Of a stretch of DNA of 64,000 bases, positions 1-14,200 are shown in pieces. How positions within the stretch are numbered: the first letter of the stretch is position 1; each line of letters starts with the position of its first letter. The stretch lies in NCBI RefSeq assembly GCF_964204645.1, contig NC_134025.1, positions 26,764,299 to 26,828,298 of the forward strand, given 5' to 3'. A program made the position numbers and the translations under genes. The notes below the pieces were generated by a model. That model did no database searches, was not told the origin of the DNA, and saw only the letters and a program-made list of their open reading frames with translations. The DNA comes from Tubulanus polymorphus (lineage: Eukaryota > Animalia > Nemertea).

Positions 1-1334
1 TCTTTAGCTTGACCACCACATCTGCTAAATCTCCTGTGAAATAATGTTATCAGAAATACATTAAACTCTACACTAAATCTACTTCAGTTGTATTCTATTT
101 AATATATTACATAGTGAGGTAAATCCATTTACCGGGCTTTAGGAATAGATTTGTTGTTAGTTTTTCTTTCAACAGTCATTTCATTTATCTGGAACAACTG
201 AACTGAATCATCACCACCATTCTCTGTAAGTAAAATCCCTAAATAGTGTTAGTTTGTAAACCACAAATTATATGAGTGGCGTGGATAAAATAAATCACTT
301 CCGCTGGATAGAAAATTCAAAAGTCGCATTCAAACTCGACAAATCGCCATATTTATGTCGACATGAATATGTCGACATATCGTGATGTTTTCACGACAAA
401 TTCGCTTTTTCGCCCATTTTCCACGGGATAAGCCGTCATTTGAAGACACGTCGAAATGTAAGATGAGGACGCCAGTGATATGACAACTGAGTTTCAAGTC
501 GTCCTGAATATGTCGACTTGTCGCGAGGAAAATGGTCGTGAAAACGAAGTATGTCGTCAAAACGTCACGATATGTCGACATATTCATGTCAACTTGACGC
601 GATATATCGACATAAATATGGCGACCTGTCGAGTTGGAACGCGACAACTCGAGGCCCTTTATCGCTTCCGTAGAAAATAGTAATAAATAAATATAGGCCT
701 AGCTAGCCTAACCCTTTTATACCTCCACTTGATAAATGCTGGTCTGATTTGGACGACTGTTTGAAAGTTGAACCGACGTGTAATTTTCCATCGATTGATG
801 GAGTTCCATAACCTGAACCTCGGCAAAAATGTACCGCTGCAGTTGTTGGCAGTAAAGTTAATCTGAAATATAAACATGATATTTATCTAGTTGAGTAAGA
901 GAGTGATGGCTCGTCGGTATGATTCAATTCAGAAATAATTCAAATAGGCCTAGGCCTTAGTCTAAGTTAATACTTTAGTTACTTTTTTGGTTCCTTTGGA
1001 AGATTTTCAGATTGCTTGACATTGTCTCCTCCACTGCTATCACTACTAAATACGTCCTTGTCTTTTCTGCCGAGGACTATCTGGTCAAATTGGCTATTAC
1101 TGGTATTTGTTCGATTTTTATGATGTCCTCCTCGATAACAAAGCTGCTGTTGTTGAACTTAAAAAAAGAAGTCCACCCACCATGCAACAAATCAGGACAG
1201 GGGCTGTTGACATCCACACAACTAACAACGGACTTAGGGCGAGTAGAAAAAGATGATGAATACAGAAATTATAGCCACAAAAACATGACGATGATTAACG
1301 ATGAAATATTCAACTCACTTTTGGCGGATTTCAT
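1..1334 (-). CDS. Putative multi-exon gene of unknown function, 5' part (continues off left edge)
   Basis: ATG at 1334 (MKSAK) followed by a GTGAGT donor. AG/GT-bounded open exons at ~983-1158 (QQQQLCYRGGHHKNRTNTSNSQFDQIVLGRK...), ~720-862, ~133-224 and <34. E-box/CRE-like motifs lie upstream (1431-1460). No family recognised, and phase is uncertain at one junction. Confidence 0.45.
323..645. mobile_element. Fold-back/MITE-like element with long imperfect terminal inverted repeats (intronic)
   Basis: 323-435 (gtcgcattcaaactcgacaaatcgccatatttatgtcgacatgaatatgtcgacatatcgtga...) is the reverse complement, with mismatches and one indel, of ~510-645. Rich in GTCGAC motifs. No TSD confidently seen. 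Confidence 0.7.
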
Positions 1335-1943
1335 ATCTGGTAGCTGATTGTTGACAGATAGTGTATATACGTTCATGCTCGACGCGGTTGACTGCGTCAC
1401 GCGGTTCCGTTCAATAATATAAACAGACGACACGTGGGCCATCAGAGGAAATGACGTAATCTGGGGATCACCCCCTCGCTTGCCATCTCAAATTTGCCGC
1501 AATAAATCAAAGCAACAAGTTTACAACACAGGAGGTTTGTTCTTGATTTGGTTACTCCAAGGTTTTTTTTCGATCTGGAAATTGGAATGGGAAATTGGAA
1601 GGGTAGATTTGGCAATGCGAGGGCCGGGTTCTTATCTGGTGGCCCCGCTCTAACAACAGAAAATCAGTGCAAAAAGAGGGCAAAAAGAGGCTTTTCTGGG
1701 CCCATTTGTGGATTCATTTTTCGTTTCTTAATAATTTTCTTATGCAAAATCATTTTTCCAGACTTGCGGGCACATTCGGCCCACTCGGTCAACACCCCGA
1801 AATCCACTCTTATTGGCCAATTCCATCATCGTTGTATCACTTAATTAACTCTTGGATTTGAGAACGAATGGTTATCCTTTTTCGCGTTTAAGTTAATGAC
1901 GCCTATCAGACATTTGCATTCAATCTTTTTCACTCTACCATAG

Positions 1944-2981
1944 ATGTACAGATACTTCAATTCACCAAATCAGCATGTTCCTGGTACACCCGCAATTCGG
2001 CCATTGTTGACAACATCATCGCCAGATGCCACAGTACCAATTTGCCGACTCGAACCGTCCCCCAAGAGTCCGTTTTATTCGTGGCTGGATACACCACCGA
2101 CACACCGAAGTACGATGCAATGGGAGAAGTGATTTCTGCAGTGTAGATTTCTGCGTGTTTAGAGCTATTATAATAATTCGGGTCGGATTCATAATTGTTA
2201 TTACAGGTGTATATCGTGTTTCGCTGTCAGAAATGGCTCCTATCATATTTGGCAATAATTGTAGAGCCAATTATCGGCAAAATCCACATGGTAGGGTAAT
2301 TTTACTGATTTTACTTTGGTATTAATTAGAGTTAAACCGCGTTGTCTGTTTAAGACGAAACTCTTTTTATTACTATGATTTTCAGCTAACATATATCAAT
2401 CAAGCTTTGGATACGAAACCCGTTTAATACGACATTTTCCCTTTTGCCAACAAGATTCGTATTAATGGGGTTCAACTGTCATGATTTTGATTATCCATTT
2501 GTGGCTTAGTCCTAGATATTTCCACTCATGCTCACAAGTTGTAATAAAACGGCTCGCTGTGTCCCCAGAGGTCTCAAAAAACAGGTCTAATCAAATCAGT
2601 GCAGAAACGCTACATTTACTTCGTTGAGGGAAATACCATCGCTAAGTAGTCATCGCTACGGGGAATTTAGATAAAACCGTCGCGTGTTACAAGTCGCCAC
2701 TGACGAACGAAAAACAGGACGGTTGAAATCTATACCATAACTACATAGAGGCTTATTGAATTACAGAAACTAACGAACAAGAAGTACCGTCAACGCCGGA
2801 TAACCTCAGAGCAGGGACGGACGCACGCAACAGCGCTCACAGCCAGTTCGCTTACCGTAAAGGTGTCCAGATGCGACGTTGCTCGAGCATCAGTATAAAA
2901 CCGGAAACACGAACGGCGATGAAAGAAATAGATCTTTTCGATGGCTCTGAGATCTTTGATAAAAAGGTCACGAGAAAATGA
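1944..2981 (+). CDS. Possible small multi-exon gene, uncharacterised
   Basis: Open stretches after AG acceptors at 1944 (VQILQFTKSACSWYTRN...PKYDAMGE), 2206 (VYIVFRCQKWLLSY...), ~2510 and ~2767-2981 (...KEIDLFDGSEIFDKKVTRK*). No homology recognised and exon chaining unresolved. Confidence 0.25.
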
Positions 2982-3385
2982 CCTTCGAGCAGCATATCCA
3001 CGGCGTCGGGAAATTCACGGTGAAATGTTAATGTTTCCCGAATGTTTCTTTCCAAAGAAGTTATCATTAATTGTTGCTTTCGTATTTTCAAACGATTCGA
3101 TGTTCTGAGGGAATATAGCGATATTTTTTTTTCAACTCCGATTCATCAATTAGGAGAATAAAATGAATTCTTGATTTTGCATATGTAATTCAGGCATTTA
3201 TTTCAGTCATTACATGAATTCGAAACCAATACAGTCGAACAAAAAACTCTTCAATTTTAATACATCACTGATTTAGACAAAACAGATTTTTCTAGAGGTT
3301 GTTTGAATGGGTATAAAAGTTTCCATTACATTAAGCTCCGATTTAGACACGTTTAAGATCTCGATCCCTCTTTCTTTCTCTCTAT

Positions 3386-3420
3386 AATATGTATATATAT
3401 ATATATATATATGTATATAT
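3386..3420. repeat. (TA)n microsatellite, interrupted
   Basis: Run of tatatatata... seen directly, with g interruptions. Confidence 0.85.
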
Positions 3421-5207
3421 GTTTAAACATTAACGAATATGAAATACCAATTTCAACATATGTAGACAAAAAGACAAAAATACACTATTGTTATATCTAC
3501 TGTCTTCTGAAATAATTAAAACCTAATTTGCTTCCTGATAAGACGTGTTTAGGAATAGCAATATAGTATTAGGAACGAACAAAATCCATCTGCTAATCAT
3601 TAAGCCCTATTCAAATTTACTACAAATCTTACTCAAGGATATCAAACCGGGTTATTGTGTTCTAAGAGGATCATACTTAATAGTTGCTTAATTATTTCAC
3701 ATCATTTCAAAGTTTAGAAAAAATGTGTTTGATTTCGTTGCTTAGAGAATAGTTATCCTGAACGTTTATCAGTTTCGTCGATGAAAGATCAAGTTGTAAT
3801 CAAATTAAGACTTCGTTTTGAATAGGCTTCATGATAAGATAGGCCTTTACCGAGTACCGTGCAGGTTAATTAGACTGTCGTCATTGATGATATTTCAAAT
3901 GTGGTTTTCGTATTTTTCGTAAGGTTTAATGATACATCTATCCACTATCTGCTGGAGATAAACATCTTTAACATAAAGAATACATCGTATGTAATGTATA
4001 TAATATTTTCTGAATATCTTTTTTGTTAGAATATATATACCCATACGTTCTACAACAGGCCAAATAAAAACTCAAATAAACTCACATTTATAGATTTCAT
4101 AGATGAATATTTACAAACATTTCCTAGGAACTCGATTCCATACCCTCGGGAAATAGCAACCGTTTCAGTAGAATTCTGTTTTACATTACCGCTGATATAA
4201 GATATTCTTTAAATATCTGGAAACGATAGTTTCAATCGTAGCTCAAAAACACCGGGGAGGGGATAAAAAAGCATTAAGCATTCTTGAGCTCTACTACAGC
4301 CATCCTCCTTACAAAAAGTTCATCGATACATAAAGAAATATATTTGCGTTGTTTCTCGGTAAAAATATCTCAAAATAGAATGATGTTCTGCTCTGACCAG
4401 GGTATCCCGCCGAGACCGATCAAGATGGGATTTTGGACACGACGACGTTCGAGTCTTTACACCATTTGTGTTCGATGTTGTTTCTTGGTATCTTTTCTTG
4501 CATTTTTACGTGGAGTGCTGGGACACCCTGCATCATTTTCAAATACACGTGTACTAGATAGTTCAATCTGCTGTACGATCATTCTGCTCTATAATCCACA
4601 CTACTTTGGCGGCGGACGTAATACGGAAGACTCGGCCCCATTGCTTTCTGTTCTGCCGAACCTGAAGTTAAATTTAGAATATTCATACACACGATGTTCT
4701 TCAAGGTTTCTTTGTAGAACAAAAAAAGAAAGAAATCAAGTGCGTAACATAATCGTGAATTAACATTACTAGAAAGAAGCATAGTTCTAAAATAAAGGAC
4801 GAAACAATATGGTAACTAAGATGCGAACAAGCAGATGGCTATTTCACTAAGCATGTCAGCAAAAATCAAACATATTTATTTATACATGATGAAATTCATG
4901 GTCAACGAATAAAAAATAATCTACTCAACTAAAGCGAATTTTCCCTTTTCATTTTTTCCATGACTGTTTAAGAAAAACGAAACATAAAACAATGGTGCAT
5001 GTACAATAAATACGTACAAAAGGACGACTAAAATAAAAACAAAATAACAATAAATACTTACTATTTACAGCATAATGTATCTATTAATATTACAGTCTTG
5101 GCTTAAATACTATCGTTTTAATAAGACAACAGGAAAAGCATTCTCCCATCTTAGCAAAAACAGCTTTTAACTGTACAGGCATTTTATTTTCAGTCGCTTA
5201 TACTTAC

Positions 5208-8200
5208 GGCTTAGTTCTATGAAGGTTCTACCCCAAAGTATACTCCATATCCAACCGACTATTACACAAAATGTTATCATTTGTAAAAATCCAGCTAAAA
5301 GATTCAAACCGAAAGCTCTCCACTTCGATTGTATGCGAGAAGATCCACAGCAGAACACGGAAAACGATGATATAATAGTCCCTAGAAATATACAAGGATA
5401 AACCGAATAGTTAATCATATTTCGCTAGTTCCGAATTGCGTTATTACTTTGTATCGGTCCGTGTATTGGTTTACACCTATCGGGAGTTTTCAGCTCTGGA
5501 GACAGAAATTATGCAGTAAGTTAGAAACTACCCACGGGTAATGTATCTTTACGGTAATACGAGCGCAGAAGTCTGTTCACTTGTTTTTAGCCGTAAATTC
5601 ATTATCGTCATTGACACTCTCTTCACGTTTGTATAATGCCCCAATGTAAATAACGACAGGCTTTATTGGGTGGTCAATCTACGCGCAAGATACATTAATC
5701 CCAAAAACAAATTGAATCAGATGTTTAAATTCTACGTCTCGTAAATAAGTGATCGCGTACACCAAATGTTTTCCCGATGACCCGCACCAGTGATATCTGA
5801 AGACACGGATGCACCAAGAATGCTACCTTGATCGGAAAGAAGGCCTTACAGGTTTATGAGCCGTAGGATAAAAATGTGTCCTTTCATTTCGACGCGATGA
5901 TCACGACACTACCGTGACGTCTGCGCGCGACAATCAGATGAATAAGCAATACTAGACGAGACGCCTGGTGCGGTTATAACCGAAAAAAAGTTAGCGGATG
6001 AGGTGATAAGACGTGACTAGCAACTAAAACGACCTTAGTAAAACGTGTCGCTGAAAGTAAATGAGTGCGACAGAATCAGCTCTTCGAATCATCATCATTT
6101 GACGAGTATAAATAAGCAATGGCATTAAAACTGACCACATAAATCGCTCAGCTCAATGAATCTATAGATCATTTTTCATTGATAAGACAAAACCGTATGG
6201 GTTTGATTAGATCTTATCCTAGATTTTTTCGTAACCATGGTGACCGACTAAGATGGGTACGGAAATGGTAATAAAACTTCATCATCATCGTACAGAATTC
6301 AGAGTGAATCGTAGTGAGTTTAAACGCGACATGGAAACAATGATAAATCGTCAGACACGTACGTCAATGGCTATCCACACTTTCAACAGTGTTAAATCCT
6401 CGAAACATTCCATTTTACACTCTTCATCATTGTTGAATTTGTAACATCGGCGCATCTCAGATTGTTATTGCCTGTATTTTAACAGCGACATGATGTTCAG
6501 TATTATATGAATAAAATATTCACGAACAGGACCTAACAAAAAGTGAAACACGTCTCCACGAAACGATCTGGACCATTTTGCTTGTATAATTAAGACTTAT
6601 CGTGTCTGACTGAATGATAAAATAGGGATTGTAGCAGTTAAGGCACTTTGTGTCTGGCAACTGGTGTTGGCCATTTGGGAAATCAAGTCAAGATTTCTCG
6701 GCATTAATGGCCGCATTTTCATCGTATTGTATGATATATAGATCCATATAAAGACGTGGGAATTGGGGTACAAAAACAAATTAATCGGGAGTGAAAAACC
6801 TTCATTACGCACGAACCATTCGTGTATTGGGATAGACCAGGACATAATGAGATATCGGGCCAAATTATTCGGTACTGTAAAATAGGTCCTTGCATTAGGG
6901 AACGAATTCAAACATACCTTCCAGCCAGTCTCGGAAAGTGACAGATTCACTGCGTTTGTGGTGCATTCACGAACGCAGATTTCCTGACGTAACTCATTGA
7001 ATAAACTAATAAACTAATAATACTAGAAAATCATTTAAGGTATTCGTTGCGAATTTAAAGTCCTTTCCAAATCTCAGAGGGAATGCTGATTTCACGACCG
7101 ATTATGGAATTAACGGTGATAATGTTAGTTAGTTGTTTACTTCAACTTTGCGGATTAATCTGATATATTGACAGCTAATATTCAAAACAGTTTTCTTCCT
7201 CGAAACCAGTTGAGCATCGATGACTCAACATCATTCGGGATTTTTTAGTATTTAGCGCCATTACGATGTGAAAATGCTGGTAATCCCTTGGTGTTATCAT
7301 GAAACTGGCTGTGCCTTTTTCTACAGTTGCAACGTTTATTACCATCGCTTGGGAGATCTGGCCGACAAAGATGCATAAATTGACTACGAATCAAGAACGC
7401 TTGATACATAGACATTTCTGCAGTAATGAAAGATAAATCCCATTGCATTAGATCCGGGATTCCCTGGTCTTCAAAATACTGTGACAACCTGGAAGAATGT
7501 GATGTACATCAGGGTATCAGTTTGATCGGTCGATTAGGGGGTCATTTCTCGGACAAAGTAACTATATATTTCTGACTGAAGTATTGGTTAGAGTGTCTGA
7601 TCATAACCCAAGAACACAAACGGGTAGTAAAACAAACGCTTGATGAATAACATACAAAATTCGTTTGTTTCGTCCGCTGACGCACCGCCCGTTACCTTAT
7701 CAATAATTTATTCTATCGCACGGAGCAAACATCGTTAGCGGTCTTCATTCCAACTGGCATTCTCCCATCCAATCCACGACTTCAACCAAAATTAGAGAGA
7801 TTACTGAATACACACTTGTAGTGAAATGACATTAGGTACCTGTCATTTCGGGCATTTTTAACTTAATTACGTACACGATAACTCAATTAGTGCCTGTTCG
7901 TTTGGTTCTTCTCGTTGACGGTTGTGGAGAAGCCGGGCGCACTCCGACTTTCACTTGAAAAGGAATAGTTCTGATTGAAAAATGGCTCTCCTTGGCTTTC
8001 TCTGTTTGATGTACGGAGAAAAAATGATCTTGATTGAAATACAATTCTCTCACCGGTAATGCGATATGTTTTCACAGAATAACAACGAAGTAAACATTGC
8101 ATTCGCAGGTAGAAAATATGTGTCATTCATTTATCACTGCTTATCGGTACTGATAAGGACAAGTTGGATTATTGTTGATCGATTTCTAATTAATCTTATA

Positions 8201-11200
8201 GATTTGCCAATAGATCGGTCCCCGTGATATTAAATGGAGCGAACGGATTCTCGTGGAATAAATGTATTAATAGCCGCGGTGTACGCGTATTGGTGTATAT
8301 GTATCTGTTAAAAAATGTGAGGCACTTGACTTCACGCGTTTTTCCATTTTCATCCAACTGTAATAACGTTCTAATATTTAGATTCTCTAAATCACACGTC
8401 ATCGAGTGTCACCTGAAGAACCGGTATACGTCTTTGCTGAAGGGGCGTTTTTCGCCGTTGATGACAAACATTTGATGCACGGTCATGCACTGTACATCCT
8501 TTCATTCGGATTAGATTCAAATCTAATTCCAAAAATCCTCCGCATCGATTTCTCTCGATAGAGTCTGTGAATATCATTTTACCGCAAATAAGAAACCATG
8601 TCCCTCGACACACACACACATATACGATTCTATGTTTAAATTACCTTCTTAATCGAAGGGTTAGTTTCAATAGTGATTCGTTAAAAAACGGTCTCGTACA
8701 AACGGTAAAACTTTAACGGTACGAATTTAGTTTTTCAGGTAGTAATCACATAGTCAAAGCTTTCTTTCGTGTAAAGAATCTACTCGGATTCTAAGAATAT
8801 TGACCACTCAAATCGTCAGAAACTGTTTTAAAATGCGAATGCAGTAATAGATGGATACACGGAAACAACTTTTTGTTTCCTAATTGAACGAAAGTTTATA
8901 CGAGGATATTACACATGTTGAGGAAATCCAGACAATGAACTTATCTTAACTTTTTGTACACGAACCCACAAGGATTTGACACATGCCGTCTCTAAGTCGC
9001 AGCAAAGAATCGAAAAATGCAAATAAATGCGTTACTTACACGGAAACCCTCGGTGAGTTCGTCAATTTAACGTTAACACGTTATTTGCGGTATATAATCA
9101 CCCGAGGGTGGCGGAAAGAGCTGTTCACCGTCTCAGTAGTGCACGAAAGAGACAGTTTCTATTGATACTGATCTACCACATCTTAACGCCGTGTTTCTAC
9201 CGGTGTTTTTCTCGTCGCAATTAGCGCGCGTAACGAAAAAGAGAAGGTGCCTTTTCTGACTGAAGGCCAGTGTAACTATCACGACATTGGTCAGAAGAAA
9301 CTCTGCGTTTCACTCCTTCAAATTCGTCGAATTCATAGCAGCAGCAGCGAAGGTGGTAATTGTAGATTCCATGAGATGAAAATACATTCGAGTAAATTGC
9401 TGTGAGAAATATCAGGACACAACGAAACTGATGGATATCACTACTTTAAGATCGCGTGCAAGAAGGCCCCCCGAGAAAACGAAATGCTGTTATTACCCAG
9501 GCGTTCCTGCTTTCAGGCGGAAAGAGACTTCGATCTAAAAGTTTGTTTTTTTTATAGTAAACTGACCTAAAAGTTTACGAACAGAACTCGATAGATAATT
9601 TCTCACATTCACGACGACCAATATCATCGTTTTTAAGAGATCATCTTGAAATAATCATCGTCTAGGCTAAACGATAATCACAATACGTGAGGAGCCACTG
9701 TAAGAAAAATACATCACGTACACGGACCAATAAACGTTTGAGATATTCGGGAGAAGTTAGAATGACGACCGGCCGGTAATAAGACCTTTTTATCTGATAA
9801 TTTCTCTCCCGAAGCGAACGATGTGTATCGACAATTTCATTACACAGAAAATATCAGAAAATCCGTCAAAATGAATCAACGAGCGATGACGTGTGCGAGG
9901 GGAAAAACGACTCGAAGCTACAGAAAGAGATTACCGTGACGTGATGTACTCGTTAGACAAACTTTTACCGCGGGCTTTTCATTGTTTCACTGTCTCATTT
10001 GGTGACATATAATTCCAAACTGCGCATCTAATATAACCTTTGTTATAATAAACACGTCCGAATTGTCCCGCAGGTCCTTTCCGACCGTAAACTGCACAGC
10101 TATCATTTCCCCAAATCTTGCTCCGTACTTTGACGAGAAACCTATGTAGTTTTGCTAATATACATATACATACGCCAGATTGTCTCGGTAAATGTCACTC
10201 TCTTACTTTTCCGTATTCCATCCCATTGATTCACGTGGCATTAGGAGAACATGATCGTAGGAATATCTAATGAGACGAGAATGAGATTATTTTGTTGTGA
10301 TATTCAGTTTACATACGCGAAAAAAAGAATTAAAATGTTTAAATTCGAAATCCTGATTTTGACTATAATGTTTCATTCGCCGAATGAAATGCCAAGTAAT
10401 CGTGGTTTTCGTGCCTTGATTGAACCTTGTCGATTGGATTGACTGAAAAGGCTGGCTGCTTGCTTTAAGCTCATTTTCTCGAACGGATCATTTATATCTG
10501 GCAACTAATTTACCGAAACAAGTTCTAAATCTAAACAGTATGAGATGATTAATCGATTCACACCAGAAATGACTTTATTCTCGGCACGCAAAATGAAATT
10601 TCCGAGTACAGAACAAGATTTCTAGCGAATCGAATGCTTCCGAGTTCGTAACGATGCAAACGATAATGCCAGATCTAACAGACTCTAAAATTCTACTAAA
10701 AATTGTGATTCACATCGCACGATCGCTGAAAGGAAACTATTACAATCTATTTTTGTGGGATCATCATCCAGTGTCAGAGATATTCATGGATTGAGGATCG
10801 AAGTGATAATTGCTTGTAAACCAACCAGTGTAGCTGATATGATGGAATGTCTCGATACAATTTCTCGTATGACAAGCAAAAATTACTTCCATTTTGAAGA
10901 CTGCCGATGGGATGAAGATGAATTACCCAAAACATTTCACACCTGTTCGAAAAATCTATGTTAGCTGTAGGCCTACTTGCGCCGGAATATTCATGTTTAT
11001 ATCTATGTATATTCACAGTATGTATTTGTAAACATGTTACCTGCTTTGTGCAAACTGAAAAAGCAATTTATGCAATTTACCAGACTAAATAGTGTACCGA
11101 CGCTTGTTCTTCCAGATTAATTCCAAATTTCTTTTCTTCCATCTAATATAACTGGAGATATATGGGGAAATGTATTGGAATCAAAAATGATCGGGTCACA

Positions 11201-14200
11201 CGTTCGACTCGTAGAAGCCAAACCATTCTATTATGTGAACTAAAATCTACGGATAAAAAACGAATCTAATTTATATTTCCTTTAGAGAAATTTAGCGAAA
11301 TCAGAAATCAATTACACACGTCTAAGTCAGATTACACTCATCTCATTTATGCTTCTTACACGACAAAAAAGCAATTTTTTTCTAGAATTCCAGGGGCCAT
11401 TTCGTCCAATGATTAAATGCAAATTAGATCTGAGGTTGAAAGGATCGACGATTCAATCAGGAGAAACTCACATCAACCGTTATAAACCATAATGGATGTA
11501 AAAATTGCATCCACATCTACGTTGGTTCGACTACACATCACTTCAGTCAATGGAGAAAAAACTAAAAAATTCTCCGGAAATATCTTATTCCAATCCTTTT
11601 CTCTGTTCGTATTTCTTTTGTATTCTCGACAAAAAATCGGGGAATTAGAAATTAAGATATTCAGCGAGCAGTTTTGAACCAGGTAATGAACTAAAGAGCA
11701 CGGCGAACATTGGTCTCATAACGATTCCATCCGCATCGTTGGTTACGTACCATTTATAACAATTCCGTCTGGAATGAATTGAATATTCAATGACTCCTAT
11801 CATGACGGGGTGGTTTTGATGTGTCGAAATTGATGAATAATGTGACTTGCACCGCAGAATAAGTCGTTTTCCGGCTGTTGACGGGGAATTGTGTTGAATA
11901 ATTTACACGTAATCCAATAGATCCTACGATCGCGGTGGTAAGCTAACAGCCTTATTAGTAAAAAGATATATAGTCTTGAAAGTCAAGAAAATGCTGTAAT
12001 TTAAGTATCTTATAAGAAAACTAACTAAGTTAGTAACTAAGATATCGGATTCAGGTGAATAATTTTATGTCAATTTTATACGCACCTCACCGGGGGCGCA
12101 TATTGGCAATGAGTCGTTACAGCTATTTGCAATAGAGAAAGCTAATAAATAGAAGATAATACACCAGATGCGTTTCGCGCGCTGGGAATTTTTCTCCGTT
12201 AAAGATATGTGTGTGTGTGTGTGCAATGGATCTGGTCTTCAAAGAATCGCGTTGTATTCTATCCAAATGGAAGAGTGATTAAACTCAGCTGCTCAAAAGC
12301 TGCTCTGATCTTCTTTCTTAAAAAGCTTCCTATTTAAGAATGTAGCGAAAAATGCCAATAGCTGATTAAATGTGTACTAGCCATATTCTGTTCATGACGT
12401 AGTTCATTGTATTCCGGCTCTTAACGTGGAATGGATAATCGCCAGCACGTGACCATCTCATTTGCATGAAAAATCAGAAATATGATAGATAGAACAGATA
12501 TTAAGCTGTATAAGTCCCAGGAGAGCTCGCAAATGTATCGATAAAGCACTAATGGCCGAGTGCCCGGAGACCATGTTGATTCAAGATCACTGCTTGAGTG
12601 TTCCTGAATAAAGATTTACCAATGATACCAAAAAGTATCAAATTATCAGCTAACTTTCTACCATCAATTAATAATGTGTTAGATGGTCGAGAATGGTGGA
12701 CAATGATAATACAAATATTGATTTTTCCAGGTTGTCTGTTTGGGATTACATTTTTAGTTACATATGGGTAGACTTTCACTGATGACTCATGGCATTTGCT
12801 GCAGTGACGTAAGTCATGTTACTGAAACGACTCGCAAACCAATAGAACATCGAGATGCTCTTTCAAAAATATCTTTGATATCGGGATTTCTATAACGACA
12901 TGCAACAATATCTGATAGAATTCGAGTTGACGCAAGTCGAGGCCCTGTTACTAACGATTTCCAAGCGTAATATCTATCTGATGATTTTATGCTGATGACG
13001 GAAGATTTCCTCGAAATGAATTTTGTCATTTCTTTGATGTTCATGCTTCCGCAGCCTCAGTTCCCGCAACCGTTTTTCGTCTTCAACTAAAGATGCATCA
13101 TAAACACGACATGAATCTACGTCAACGATGTAAATTTACGTTATCCACTGACAATAATTTTAGTTAATAGCCTCTATTGTAGCGAACATGCCATTGTCTA
13201 CATCAACTAATCACGTGACCATTGTCCGTGCTCGGTTACTCTTCATTTCCGGATCCTTTATATCTAATAGTTGGAACCTGTATCCGTTTTCATCTTCACG
13301 TGAGGGAAATTTTCATGAAAAGCCGTAAATTAGGTTTTATCCTCGAACGAACCATGATTTATTTGACGTTCTGTTTAATCATTGTCACGACGGTACCGTC
13401 GGGTCTGTCGGGGAACGAGGGCCGTCACACGTAACCACCACGATTCGACAAGATAGTTTAGATACAGGCGATTTCATCTATGACACATTCTAATAAAGAT
13501 CTGACGAGATCTCGATCTGCTAACGGTCGAATTATCAAAGAAATCTGTTTGGCAAAGGTGTCCATATTGATTCCATTTCATTCTATAGCTGATTAAATTG
13601 TGAACGAAAATGTTTTGAAATCCTGATCATTTCGTCGATTAACAAGTTTTAAAAGCGCATCTATTTGCCCATCGTTTGGTGAAAATTGTTTTCTTTTAAA
13701 CAAAGAGAGCCATTAGTGGCTCGAGAAGACCTGGTATAGCATTCTTTCATGGATTCTAATAAATTTGCCAGTGTCCAATACTACGATAGAAAAACTTATA
13801 TTCCCCGAACCAGATTTACGTTTTAACATTGCAAAACAAATTAGTGTGCTCTGTTGCATGCATCTAAAGCATCTAAAGATATTTCCTCAATCAAACTGGC
13901 ATGAAGAATCAATATCTTACATTCTAAAAATCTCTAGAGCAAAATTACATAGTTGCGAGTTGAAATTGCTTCGACGCTCCCACAATGGCTCGTGGAAATT
14001 GCTTCGTGAACTCGGGCGGAGCTGATATGCATTTTTCATGCGGACTGAAAATGAGTTACCGTTGAATCAACAGTAATTCATTTATTTACCAAGTTGGATA
14101 TATCATTTATTTGTGGAACCTCCCACTGGAATCAACTGCCGGTTTGCTTTCGTTCGCGCAGTTTTTCGAAAAGTCGGCAACATAAAAAACCTCGAATCTA

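Noticed and set aside
2330-2480. Possible Tc1/mariner-type MITE end (tcgtattaatggggttcaactgt)
   Set aside because: Only one convincing end and no TSD pair; too weak to call.
4284-4763. 159-aa ORF on the + strand
   Set aside because: Non-ATG start, antisense to the stum 3' region, no motif.
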